DNA of 62,160 bases, counting the filler, from Vannella sp. (taxonomy: Eukaryota), in assembly GCA_023345925.1 (NCBI GenBank). It is 6 parts of 6 records of this genome, joined end to end, with 100 filler letters (N's around TTAATTAATTAA, not from the genome) between each part and the next. Parts side by side here need not be neighbours in the genome. Positions count along the whole stretch, not along the records: positions 1 to 27,931 come from JAJQQN010000560.1; 5 more parts are not named here. One strand, 5' to 3'. A program made the position numbers and the translations under genes. The notes under the pieces were generated by a model. The model ran no database searches. It was given only the letters and a program-made list of their open reading frames with translations, and was not told where the DNA came from. This document shows positions 1 through 10,600 of the stretch, piece by piece (within the stretch, counting starts at the first letter, position 1; each line of letters opens with the position of its first letter).

Positions 1-325
1 CCAATGTGGTCATGATTCCACTGAATCTCGCCTTAAGTGGCCCTAAACAACGATAATGGGGTTGTAGCTTTCGCAAAGACTTCTAATACGGCATGGATAT
101 CTCCCTGTACTAAGCAGGGGTTCAATAACAGCCGAATGAAGAGTGACTTGGAGGAATCAATTGACATGTCAGAGGTCCTCCTTTGAGAGGTTCTCTTTGC
201 TCTAGGGCTCTTCAATGGATCAGGATACGCCATAACTATCAAATGCAAGACGATTCTCGCCACCAGAGGGATGGAAAGGTCATTCCTCCAAAAAGTCATT
301 CTTTAGTTCGCCTCTTTCAGAGGAC

Positions 326-1476
326 ATGGAGGCCGAATACGTTCAGTCTTACACAGACAAGGCGCAGTACAAAGCGGCTGATCCAAACAACACCTTTTGG
401 GCACGGGACGAGTCCCGCTTTGGCCTGAAAGTACGGAGAAACGAGAGTTTGATCGCGATCCTGATGAGGGAGGGAAGATGTTGAAGAATATGGGCTGGGA
501 GGAGGGTCGAGGCCTTGGTGCCAAGCAAGAAGGTACTACCACGCACATTACCATCAAGAAGAAGGTGTCCAATGCTGGCATTGGCGAGGCGAACAGCTCA
601 AGCGACAACTGGCTTCAAGGCGCCTTTGACTACAGCAACCTTCTCAAGCGGCTGAATGGAAACAAGGCAGAGACAGGTTGGTTTCACTCTCTTTATAGGC
701 TCTGAGATGAGGCTTGAGCTGACAGTGTCGAAGAAGAGGCCGAGGAGGGGTCCACCAAGCCAAAGGAAGGCAAGAAGAACAACTCTAAGAAGCGCCACTT
801 GTAAGAGAGAGTGCCTAGAAGGGTAATGAAGTGTACTGAATGCTTGTGATCAGGTACCAGAAGCGCCTGGCCTCGCGAGATGCATCCGGCTACTCCAAAG
901 AGGACATGGCGCTGATCCTTGGTACGGAGAGGATCGCTGCCACAGAGGAGAAGGAAGAAGATGAAGAGGAACCCCTCTCAGAGAGTGAGGAGGACGAGGT
1001 GCGAGTCTTCTGGACTCAACTGGGTCGATCACTAACCGATCACCGGGTAGTCGTCTCTCCTCCGCACCAGGAAGGTCTCAGTGACGGACTACTTCTTAAA
1101 GAAAGGCGCTTCTAAAGTCCTTTCAAGCGGAGGGTCAGAGGACGAAGCAGACGAGCGCCCCAGCTTCGCCAAGTCCTCATCTGCCTCAGCCTCGAGTGGG
1201 CTGGGCTTTGTGAGTGCAGGAAGCAAGCGCAAGAGGGACTCAGACCAAGAAGAAGACGAAGTTCCCGCTCCTAAGCGCTCCAAGAAGACAAAGAAGAGCG
1301 ATTCGCTCTCTCGCGAGGACAAGAAGAAGGCCAAGGCTGAAAGGAGAGCAGCCAAGAAGGCTGAAAGGTCAACGGGAAAGGAATCGAAAGCGGACAAGTC
1401 CTCGAAGAAGGAGAAGCACAAGAAAGACAAGGCCAAAGTTTCCAAGCGCTCCAAAGCCTCCAAGAGCGACGAATAA
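326..1476 (+). CDS. PINX1: G-patch protein, PINX1/Gno1(Pxr1)-like ribosome biogenesis factor (multi-exon)
   Basis: Splicing intron 431-477 (GT..AG) gives DPNNTFWARDESRFGLK-MLKNMGWEEGRGLG...DNWLQGAFDYSNLLKRLN, the PINX1 N-terminus plus G-patch. Later RYQKRLASRDASGYSKEDMALILG and a Lys-rich tail. Confidence 0.8.
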
Positions 1477-1572
1477 GACCACTCTACATCATCTATCGTG
1501 ATACGTTCGTGTCAGACACAACCAACGGGCTCGAACAAATAGCCATTCGTTTTCCCGCCCTTTTTTGGGAAC

Positions 1573-3371
1573 ATGCAAGTGGACTGTACAGAAGAGGTGG
1601 ACTATCTCAGCCCTCCTCATCTCATTTGGGTGAACAAGTCAAAGAGTGGGCCGGGAACAGAGCTGTCTGGAAGCTGCTCAGTGCTGCCTTCTCGGAGATG
1701 TCGCTCCGGGAATGTCTCGTTCTCCCCTTGCGGGTTTGCGTTTGCCTTCCAGCAGGGCGGGCAAGTGGTCTGTTTGGAAGCTAATGGGGCACCTTTGTGC
1801 TCTATTCCATGTCCCTATCGAGCCTCTGTGATCTGCTTTAGCCCAGATTCGTTCCCCAACTTCCTTTTGCTTCTCGTTGCCTCTTTCTCCAACGGTCTAG
1901 TCGATGTTTGGAGTATTCCGAAAGATCCCCTCTCTAGAGAGACTCCAGAGAGTCTCTTGCAGTTGAAGCTGGGGCTCAGACTCCTCAGTGAAGCTCGCTC
2001 TAGTCCACTGGACGAGAAAGTCGGGCTGGAAGCAGTCTGGTGGGTGCCGCTCGCAAAACACAACAGCACTATCGAAAGATATCCATCTCTGCTCCTTCTA
2101 ACCGAGCTGGGCATCTCTACATTGGTCTATTCCATCTCAAGCCAAAGTCACTTGTTCCTATGTTCTTGTCCAACTCACTTTAAGAAAGGGTGCGGGCTCC
2201 CCGTTCGTGCTTCCCCCCATCACCAGACTCTAATGTGATGTAGTTTGGCCTTTTGTGAAGCGGCACCGTTAGTGGCTTTCCTTCAGCGCGTGGAAGGCAA
2301 AGATTTCATTCTCGTTTATTCCACCATTACCTGGAGAGAGCTTCTGGTTCGTCATCGAACCTCTGATTATCAGTAGATTCACTGTGATTTAGAGGATAGA
2401 AACTCAGACTACCGAGGCGGAGGACTTAGAGTGGATTGGGGACAGCCTCTTCGTTTGGGATTCTTACTTGCAGGTGCGTTTATCTGTTAATAAGGGGCCT
2501 TCATTGCTACTTAATGAAGCTTAGAATGCTGCTTACTGTTACAATCTGACTGGAATGTGCTCATTTGCGTGGAATCCAGCGGAAGCAGTTTCAGGATTCG
2601 GAGTGAAAACTGTCGATGTAAGTCCAAGACATTGGCTTTTCGCCATTGGAGGCTTCAATGAAACCTTCCAAGTCCTTTGCGGCCGAGCAGGGAAAGTCTT
2701 AGCAAGAGAGACTTTAGGTGCCATTCTTCCTCACCACTTCCCAGGGGTAGGAATCTCAATCTCAGCCTTCCTACATCATCTCACTCTTCAAACATAGGTT
2801 GTGTATCAAGAGTCATCAGGAAAGGACCAAGTGTCTTGTAAGAATCGGAGAAGATATCACAATAGGTCACTTTGCTGATATTCTGTGATGCTAGATCTTG
2901 TCCAAGACCTTCCTTTCCTTATCCCTTGTACCAAAGGAGAGTCCTTTAAGAAGGCCACGGAGTTCCCTCAAGTTGGCGCTGGACTGGTCAAATGGAGCAG
3001 TGATGGCAAATACTTGGCCGTTCGGAATGGTATGAAGAAGGGAGGCTTATCAAACATGAGAAAGCTCACTGAGGCCATGGGGTGCAGACAACATGGCACG
3101 AGCGATTTGGATTTGGGAGAGTGCGAGTCAAAGCTTTGTTGCCGTTCTAGTCCACCAACATAACGTTCTCAACGCCCACTGGGATCCCAAAGCCTCTCGC
3201 ATTGCAATGTGTACTGGTGCGGATCGCTTGTTTCTCTGGTCCCCAGAAGGAGGCCTGTGCGTGCCCACTCCCGCGATGGACGAAAGTCACCTTTTAGATC
3301 TTCTTTGGCATCCCAACGGGGAATCCCTCCTCCTTCTTGGTGCCACTTCTTTTATGGTTGCCTATTTGTGA
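1573..3371 (+). CDS. WRAP73: WD40 protein, WRAP73/WDR8-like (centrosome/spindle pole), multi-exon
   Basis: C-terminal exons read KWSSDGKYLAVRN(D)NMARAIWIW...VAVLVH...WDPKASRIAMCTGADRLFLWSPEG...WHPNGESLLLLG, matching the WRAP73 C-terminus as I recall it. Confidence 0.75.
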
Positions 3372-3899
3372 ATAGAGCCATACTCGCTGCTATTCCTGCT
3401 AAGAGGGAGTTCACGCCCCAGTAAACCACGTCCGCTTGCCACGTTTGAAAAGTGCCTCTAAATTGATTGGGACCTTTACCAATGAACTTTTTATATGTTT
3501 TGATTGAGGTGCTTTTTGGGGCTCATTTGTCCTTCTCTCCAAACGAAGGAAAAGAAGGCCTCTTAAAAAGATATAAAATCATCATTCGCATTGGTGCCAG
3601 TCGAATTTAGATGCACTTTTCAACGGAGGCCAGGACGTGGTTTGACGTGAACTCTCCCGAGTCATCAAGCAACTTCCCTAATAGCCTTTCAAAGTCTTCA
3701 GTTTGAAGGGCGACTCATGAAGATGACGGAAGAAGTTCTTTGCGTTCGCCAGAGCTCCCTTCCTGACCGCCTTGGAGTATTCAGAGAGTTCAGGGCATCT
3801 CACCCGGACGCTCTGAACCACCGACGGAGAGGCCCAGAATAGGAAACTCTGACACCAGATGCTCCTCAATAAGGTCCGAAGATGACCCAGAATCCAAAA

Positions 3900-4960
3900 C
3901 GAGCAACGCCCGACACGAGAGCTTCCTTATTTGGTCCAGAAGCTGTTGCGCGTTGCATTTCTTGTTTCCATGAACTTCGTCATTCTTTCTTTCTTGGTCC
4001 TGAGATGAAGGAGACCCGTATACAGAGGATGAAAGGGTTCTTCCTGAAGGTGCTTCAGAGCACTGGGACCTCGACAACGGCAGAAGAAACGCCTGACTTG
4101 GTTCCCTCCACTCTCCTCATTCCTGTTTACCGAACATCTGGTTTTTCACGCGGTACTGTGTCACTGGCTGACTCCCGGTGTGCTTACGTCCTCTCTCCTC
4201 CTCACACTTCGAGTGCCCAGTCATAAAGCTCCGTTTTTGAGTTCCCGATGCTCATGCAAGACGAAGGTGGTTCCTCTGAGAGTGTGTCTCTCCGAATACA
4301 ACCCTCTCGAACCTTCCTCCAGCATAGAAGAAGAGAAGAGCCCTCCCACTACTTTGGCTTTCTCAGTCGCCAAGAAGAAAAACGGAGCTTTGGCGGTTAA
4401 CACGTCAACAGTTGGAGATTAGGAGACTCCTGTGAGATAGAGAGATACCCTTCGAGTGAAGGTGACAAAGCAACCGAATAGCTCCCCATTGAACCAAGGT
4501 TCGCTCTTCTCTTCCTTTCCCTTCTTTTTTCGCATTACTTCTTGTTTCTCTTCGTTGGCGGCTCTATCCTCTGTTTGGGGTTCCCTTCTCTTGCCTTTCA
4601 AGTCCTCCTGACTCGTCCCAGCAGTCAGCGTCTCAGACGAGCACCTCAATTTGACCGCCAGTGCCATGGCTTTCCTGATAGGATATCAGTTCTGCTTCAG
4701 ATGTGGAGGGGATAAGATTCCATTCCCTGGCTTGTCCGCAGTACGTAAATGAACGTGTCAAACGGAGCAAAAACGCTCCTTTCTTTGGTTTTGGGCGCAT
4801 TGCAGAATCCAGACTCGTTCTTTGATCGGTAGAATCATTCACTCTTCCATTGAGAGACCTCCACATGCAAGATAGCCGAGCCATCAAACCAACCAGGCGA
4901 GACAATCATAACCCCAACACTCCCCCTTTGTCTTTCTGCTCTTTCAAGCAAGGGGATTAG
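3900..4960. repeat. Diverged tandem duplication, copy 1 (similar to about 5180-6250)
   Basis: Shared blocks AACGCCCGACACGAGAGCT (about 3905/5184), TTACCGAACATCTGGTTT, CATAAAGCTCCGTTTTT and CGTAAATGAACGTGTCAAACGGAG (about 4744/6035), with a period of about 1.28-1.3 kb. Confidence 0.85.
4500..4960 (-). pseudogene. Decayed 3' fragment of the PCIF1-like gene
   Basis: SPGWFDGSAILHVEVSQWK versus LPGWLDDPAILLLEASIWK in PCIF1; PSTSEAEL versus PSTPEAEL; indels break the frame. Confidence 0.75.
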
Positions 4961-5801
4961 TCGGAACTTTTTCTCGGCCCGAGAGTAAGTCTCGGATAGA
5001 AACCTCACAATCCCGTTCATTCCAGTTGATCACGTGTCACCAACCTTGACTTTGTGACATGAGCGGAGAGGTGTCAAGCGCGAAAGGCAAATAGTTGCGG
5101 CTCTCCAGCAGAACATTTAAAGGCAAAACTGTCATTTGGGGAATCTGCGGCCATTGAGAAAAGAGAAAGTTACCGAAAAAGGAAACGCCCGACACGAGAG
5201 CTCCGAAAATGGTCAAAGGGGTTTCCCTGCTTAGTGGCCTGATCAGGTTAAAGAGAAACCTCATTCTTCTTTGGTCTAGGGATGCAGAAGACCCGCTTAC
5301 AGAAGATGAAAGGGTTCTTCCATCAAACTCTTTCAAACGTTGGGAGCACGAGAAGGGAGGAAACACACAACTTGGCTCCCGCCTCTCTACTCGTTCCCGT
5401 TTACCGAACATCTGGTTTCTCTCGCGGTACTGTGAAAGCTCCTGACTCTTGGCAACCTTATGTTCTCTCTCCTCTCCCCACCAGGCCTCCTTTGGACTCA
5501 TAAAGCTCCGTTTTTTGGTTCCTGATGCTCAATGGACAACAACATGCAAGACGAAGAGGCTCGCTTTGACTGTTCTTCACACCCAGGGTCTCTTCCAATC
5601 CTTTCTCCAGCATGGAAGAAGGGAAGATCCTTCGCCTGGGACATTGAAGTCGCTGAAAGTCGGTGCTTGGCCCGTCAACAGTGGAGGCGACTTGACTTCT
5701 GTTTAGTAGAGGCTCTCTTTCCCTAGTAAATGATTAAGAAAGGTGGCAAACCGAACAGGTCTTACGTAGACCAGGAAAGTCTCAAGTCCCTCTCGTTTGC
5801 G

Positions 5802-7259
5802 TTATTTCTTGGTTCTCTTGTTTGGAGGCTCTTTCATCTCCGTGTCTTTGTGTTGTCTTCGCTTGCCTTTGTAGACTCCTCCAGCTCCATCAGCGTCCCC
5901 AAAACCTCTTCCTGCCTTTTGGCGTCGCAAGCGAGCAGCCTCTGATGGAACTGCAAGTGCCATAGCTTTCCTTATGTCTAGTTCTGCTTCGGGCGTTGAG
6001 GGATAGGATTCCATGCCCTGGCTTGTCTGCAGAACGTAAATGAACGTGTCAAACGGAGATTCCCGAAACCGGTCCATTCTTTGGTGCTGGGCGCCATCGC
6101 AGAAGCCATGCTCCTCCTTTGAGATAGAATACTTCACTCTCTTCCATATAGAAGCCTCTAAAAGTAGGATGGCTGGGTCATCAAGCCAACCAGGCAAGAC
6201 AATCACAAACCCAAGACTATTCCTTTGGCTCTCTGCTCTTTCAAGCAAGAGACTGATATGCTCCACTGCTGCCAACATCACTGCAGGAATGAAGGGTGGG
6301 TTCACCTCAAAGTGACCAGAGGGAGGGAGAAAATGAAAGAAGTTATCGACGGCCCCAAAGCACCAATCTGTGTCAGGGAAGGCAGAACAGAATCTGCTGA
6401 AGAAGCTGTTCAGAGGAGAACCAAAGCACTCCATTTTCACCCCGAAGTGATGAGCGAAGGCTTCAAACACCTTCTCCCCACATGCAGCTTGGTAGCCATG
6501 ACCTTGAATACCGTGATAACGGGCAAGGAGAACAAATAAGGAGGCGTGAAACTGCCTCTCAACTTCGTCAGAGAGAGTCTCGGTGCTTGGGCTGGTGTGT
6601 AGTCCACTATGTCGGAGGAAAAGGGTTCGTAACTTGGCGTAATGCTCGTGATTCAGCTTCAGGAGCTTGTTACTGAAGGTCAGATCCATTGTGTGCTTAT
6701 GTCTGATCACCTTCACATGTGCTGGGATGGAGGACTTGCGCAGGTTAGCTTGAAGTAGGATGACCGCTTCTCGGCTCGCTTTAGCAAGCTTATCTGCGAT
6801 CTCTGTGGCTTCTAAGGAAGGGATAGAAGCACGAACTAAGTCTTCTATCAGTGTTTGATCTCTAAGACCATTACAGGGGAGAACTGGATCCCTGAGGGCA
6901 TCAGGAGGAGCCAGCTGAAGCTCTTCGAACTTTGCGCGTCCTAACCACCGTTCGAAGGCCATGATAGGAGGGACCAGTCCACTTTGGGTTCGAACCAACT
7001 GGAAGAAGTGTTTGCTGAGCTTCAGAGTCGACTGCATACGAAAGAACTCCTCTTGGGGAGACACAAACGGGCGCGTCACCTCCTCCACACTCTCTGGAAG
7101 CTCCACCAAGGCCGAGTTCCAGATCTGCTTCTGTGTTCTGCCTCTCCTATCCACCTCTACCACGCTACCTATCCCCGCAGGCTCTATTTGGCTGTTCAAA
7201 TGGAGAGGCTTCGTTGTTAGGGCGGTCTTCCTCTGTTTCGGTGTTAAGCGCGGTCGCAT
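5802..7259 (-). CDS. PCIF1: mRNA cap-specific adenosine N6-methyltransferase, PCIF1/CAPAM-like
   Basis: LLARY...GYQAA...ECFGSPLN...FCSAFPDTD..FG...HFEVNPPF: the PCIF1 methyltransferase signature with catalytic NPPF. No WW domain is visible. Confidence 0.85.
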   Translation of the reverse strand: MRPRLTPKQRKTALTTKPLHLNSQIEPAGIGSVVEVDRRGRTQKQIWNSALVELPESVEEVTRPFVSPQEEFFRMQSTLKLSKHFFQLVRTQSGLVPPIMAFERWLGRAKFEELQLAPPDALRDPVLPCNGLRDQTLIEDLVRASIPSLEATEIADKLAKASREAVILLQANLRKSSIPAHVKVIRHKHTMDLTFSNKLLKLNHEHYAKLRTLFLRHSGLHTSPSTETLSDEVERQFHASLFVLLARYHGIQGHGYQAACGEKVFEAFAHHFGVKMECFGSPLNSFFSRFCSAFPDTDWCFGAVDNFFHFLPPSGHFEVNPPFIPAVMLAAVEHISLLLERAESQRNSLGFVIVLPGWLDDPAILLLEASIWKRVKYSISKEEHGFCDGAQHQRMDRFRESPFDTFIYVLQTSQGMESYPSTPEAELDIRKAMALAVPSEAARLRRQKAGRGFGDADGAGGVYKGKRRQHKDTEMKEPPNKRTKK

Positions 7260-7317
7260 TCAAGAATGAACTCCAAATTGGAAGTAACAAAGAGACTCCA
7301 GGATGAACTCCACTCAT

Positions 7318-7439
7318 TCGAGAGAACAAAACCCACGAGGGAAGGAGAGAGCCCCCAAATGAAATGTTTGTGTTGGTTGTCCTGATGACCTCCATCTCTT
7401 CAGGATAAGCTTTTGGGCCGATTCTATTTTTTCACTTTT
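7318..7439. ncRNA. Conserved structured non-coding element, copy 1 (candidate small RNA gene or shared leader)
   Basis: 36 nt at 7381-7416 are identical to 39411-39446, with similar flanks and a CCTGA/TCAGG hairpin. RNA identity is unproven. Confidence 0.4.
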
Positions 7440-7659
7440 CGAAGGCCGAACCCCTCCCCTGGAGGAGCTATCTGTCCTGGAAGCCTAGTTCTCATGACCC
7501 TGATGAGGGAAAGCTCTGGTGGATGAACTAACTCCTTCGTGCTACACTCAACGACCAGATCCGCTGGAGAAAGAAGCTTCATTCTGCTCAAGAGGAGGTG
7601 GGAAAGGAACCAAAGAGGCTGGGTGGGTGGGCAGGTTAAGTGTGTCCAATGTTAAGGAC

Positions 7660-10600
7660 TCAACCAAAAGCGAGATAAGAGCCGGGACGATTGGGACGAT
7701 TGAATTCAGTCACATCCATGAGGATCATAGTTTGTGCAGCTTTCTTGCGCCTGGCGAGGATCCGTACATGGATCTCAATGATGATGACTCCCACCATTAT
7801 AATTACAATTGCTGTCGCTACCAGAGCCACGGATATGTATGCGAGGACGTAGCTGCGGGTGACTGAGTTACAGGGGTCTTTGGCCTCTTCTTGGTTGAGA
7901 CCCGTCAAGAGGAGCGCGAAATTGGTAAAATGATCCGTAATACCACAAAGTTGGCCGTTCTTGGGGACTAAGCATATATCCTGACATTCCCAGTTGTTCC
8001 TTTCGTTCAGGAATCCTAAACATTGACTCTGCTCCCATTAGATTAGTTCTCTCAAGACACTCACAAGCTCGCACTCACTTCTGTTTGATTAGGAGTAAAG
8101 CAGATCTCGACTTCCCCTTTCAAAGGCACTTCTGTCCCGTTCACATCTACCAATATCACGGTGATGACTGGTGTGCTCACTACATTGGAAGGCGGGAGAT
8201 CTCCTGGACAGATGGGTAAGTCTTAGCGAACTTGTTTGGTTTGTGTGATCTCACCTGGTACTGCTGGCGTTATTATGATGTTTGTTCCAGGAGGATATAG
8301 TTGCCCTGTACTCTTTGGAACAGTGACCGTGCCCACTGCCACTCCCTGAGGGTTTAGAACGACCAAAACGGCTCCCTTGGTTATATCCAAAAGGATGGTA
8401 CCATTTTGTTTGCAAGTTGTGCAAGTGAGAGAAGGATTGGGCGAAGGAGGTTGGGAGGAACTGACGGAAGGAATCCGAGAGATGGAAACCAAAGGTGAAG
8501 TAGAAACAGACTTTTCAACAGTTTGGGATCTGGTATGGCTTTGCGATACAATCAATGAATCAGAGGAGCTTGAGCTCAAGCTGGGAGCTTTGCTTGAACT
8601 TTGGGACAAAGAAGGAGTGTCGCTTGGTGGCCGCTGAGGTGGACGCTGAGGCGGCCGAACAGACCCCAATCTAACATTCGACACAGATGTTGACTGGCTT
8701 CCAGAGAAGGTGGTTGTGGGAGTTTCACTTTGTGACGGGGAATCTGACCCACTTCCTGTGCAAGAAGAACTTGGGGTCTCACTGGGAGAGGATGATGGCA
8801 CGACGCTATCCGTCACACTAACTGTTTTCGTTGACGAAAGTGAAGACGCTCCGCTCACTGAGCCGGATAAAGATGCTGTTCCAGTCGCCGATTCTGAAAG
8901 TGTCTGACTATTTGAGATCGAAGAACTCTCACTGCTTGAGCTCGACGGGCTATCACTTGAAGAAGCAGTGGTACTGAGGGTAATACTTGGTGTCTCCGTT
9001 GAAGTGGGCGATGGCGTTCTGCTACCTGAGGAGGATAAAGAAGCTGTTGCACTGCTCGAGTCCGACGGGGTCTCACTGGCAGATCCAGACTTCGAAAGCG
9101 TTGCACTATTTGAGCCTGAAGCACTCTCACTGGAAGAGAGAGTGATGCTGGGCGTTGTGCTGGATGTCTCTGTTGGAGATGTTGATGAAGTCTCACTTAC
9201 TGACTGAGAGGAACTAAGCGAAGGAGTTTCGCTCCGTGTGATTGTTGAAGAAAGAGTTTCAGTGGGAGAGAAGGATGGTGTGCTACTACTTGTCACAGTT
9301 ACTGTCTCCGTTGGAGTGAGCGTTGGTGACCCACTCGTCGAGGAGGATGAAGAAGAAGTTGCACTCGTTGATGTTGAAGGAGTCGCAGTGTTTGAGCTGG
9401 AAGAGGATTCACTGGAACTTGCTGAAGGAGATGTACTGGGTGTTGCACTTGGCGTCTCTGATGAAGTGGCTGATACAGAAGAACTGGATGACCCGGTCAT
9501 CGAGATGGTAGGCGACGAGGTTTGAGACTCCAAGTAAGAAGAACTGGCGGTCACCGATTCGGAGGGGCTCGTTGTTACTGAGGGCGAAGGAGACTCGCTT
9601 GAGGTCAGTGAATTGGTGGCGGTTTGTGTAGGAGAAGTTGTTTGAGACGATTACGAAGAGGAAGTCACTGTAACGCTGGACGAACTGCTTGCGGAGAAGG
9701 AGTGGTGCTTGTCGAGGGAGAAACAGTCTGTGTCGAAGACGGGCTGGCCGTGGTCGTCGAGGTTGCGGTTGGAGAGTTTGTGGAGGTTACAGATGAACTT
9801 GCTGTGTTACTGCCAGAGGGAGAGGAAGTGGTTGATGTTGATGACGACGAAGAGGGAGTCACTGTTCCACTGGGCGAACTACTTTCTGAGGATGAAGAAG
9901 AAGGAGTTGCGCTTGTGGAAGGAGAAACAGTCCCTGTCGGAGATGAGCTGGCCGTGGTCGTCGAGGTTGCAGTTGGAGAACTCGTTGCTGTGGAACTACC
10001 AGAGGAAGAGAGAGTGAGTGATACTGACAATGACGAGGAAGGGGTCTCTGTAACGCTGGATGAACTGCTTGCGGAGGGTGTGGAAGAAGGGGTGGTGGTT
10101 GTCGAGGGAGAAACAGTCCCTATCGGAGATGAGCTGGCCGTGGTCGTCGAGGTTGCGGTTGGAGAACTCGTGGAGGTCACAGATGAACTTGCTGTGTTAC
10201 TACCAGAGGGAGAGGAACTGGCCGATGTTGATGACGATGAAGAGGGAGTCACTGTTCTACTGGGCGAACTACTTTCTGAGGATGAAGAGGAAGGAGAAAC
10301 AGTCCCTGTCGGAGACGGGCTAGCCGTGGTCGTGGACGTTGCGGTTGGAGAACTCGTTGCTGTGAAACTACCAGAGGGAGAGGGTGATAATGACGAAGAA
10401 GAGGTCTCTGTAACGCTGGACGAACTGCTTGTCGAGGATGTGGAAGAAGGAGTGGGGCTAGTCGAGGAAGAGACAGTCCCTGTCGGAGACAGGCTGGCTG
10501 TGGTCGTCAAGGTTGTGGTTGGAGTCACAGATGGGCTTGCTGTGGAACTACCAGAGGAAGAGGAACTGGGCGATGCTGACAATGATGAAGAAGGCGTCCC

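Noticed and set aside
3600..5800. Transposon remnant
   Set aside because: No transposase/RT motifs, terminal repeats or TSDs are seen; local tandem duplication explains the similarity.
7381..7416. Hammerhead ribozyme (CUGAUGA on +, CUGAAGA plus stem on -; also CTGATGAGGGAAA near 7500)
   Set aside because: The required GAAA after stem II and stems I/III are missing or stem II cannot form.
7321..7416. U3 or box C/D snoRNA, or U1/U11 identity for the repeated element
   Set aside because: There is a box C-like UGAUGA but no downstream box D, and no ACUUACCUG or other snRNA hallmark.
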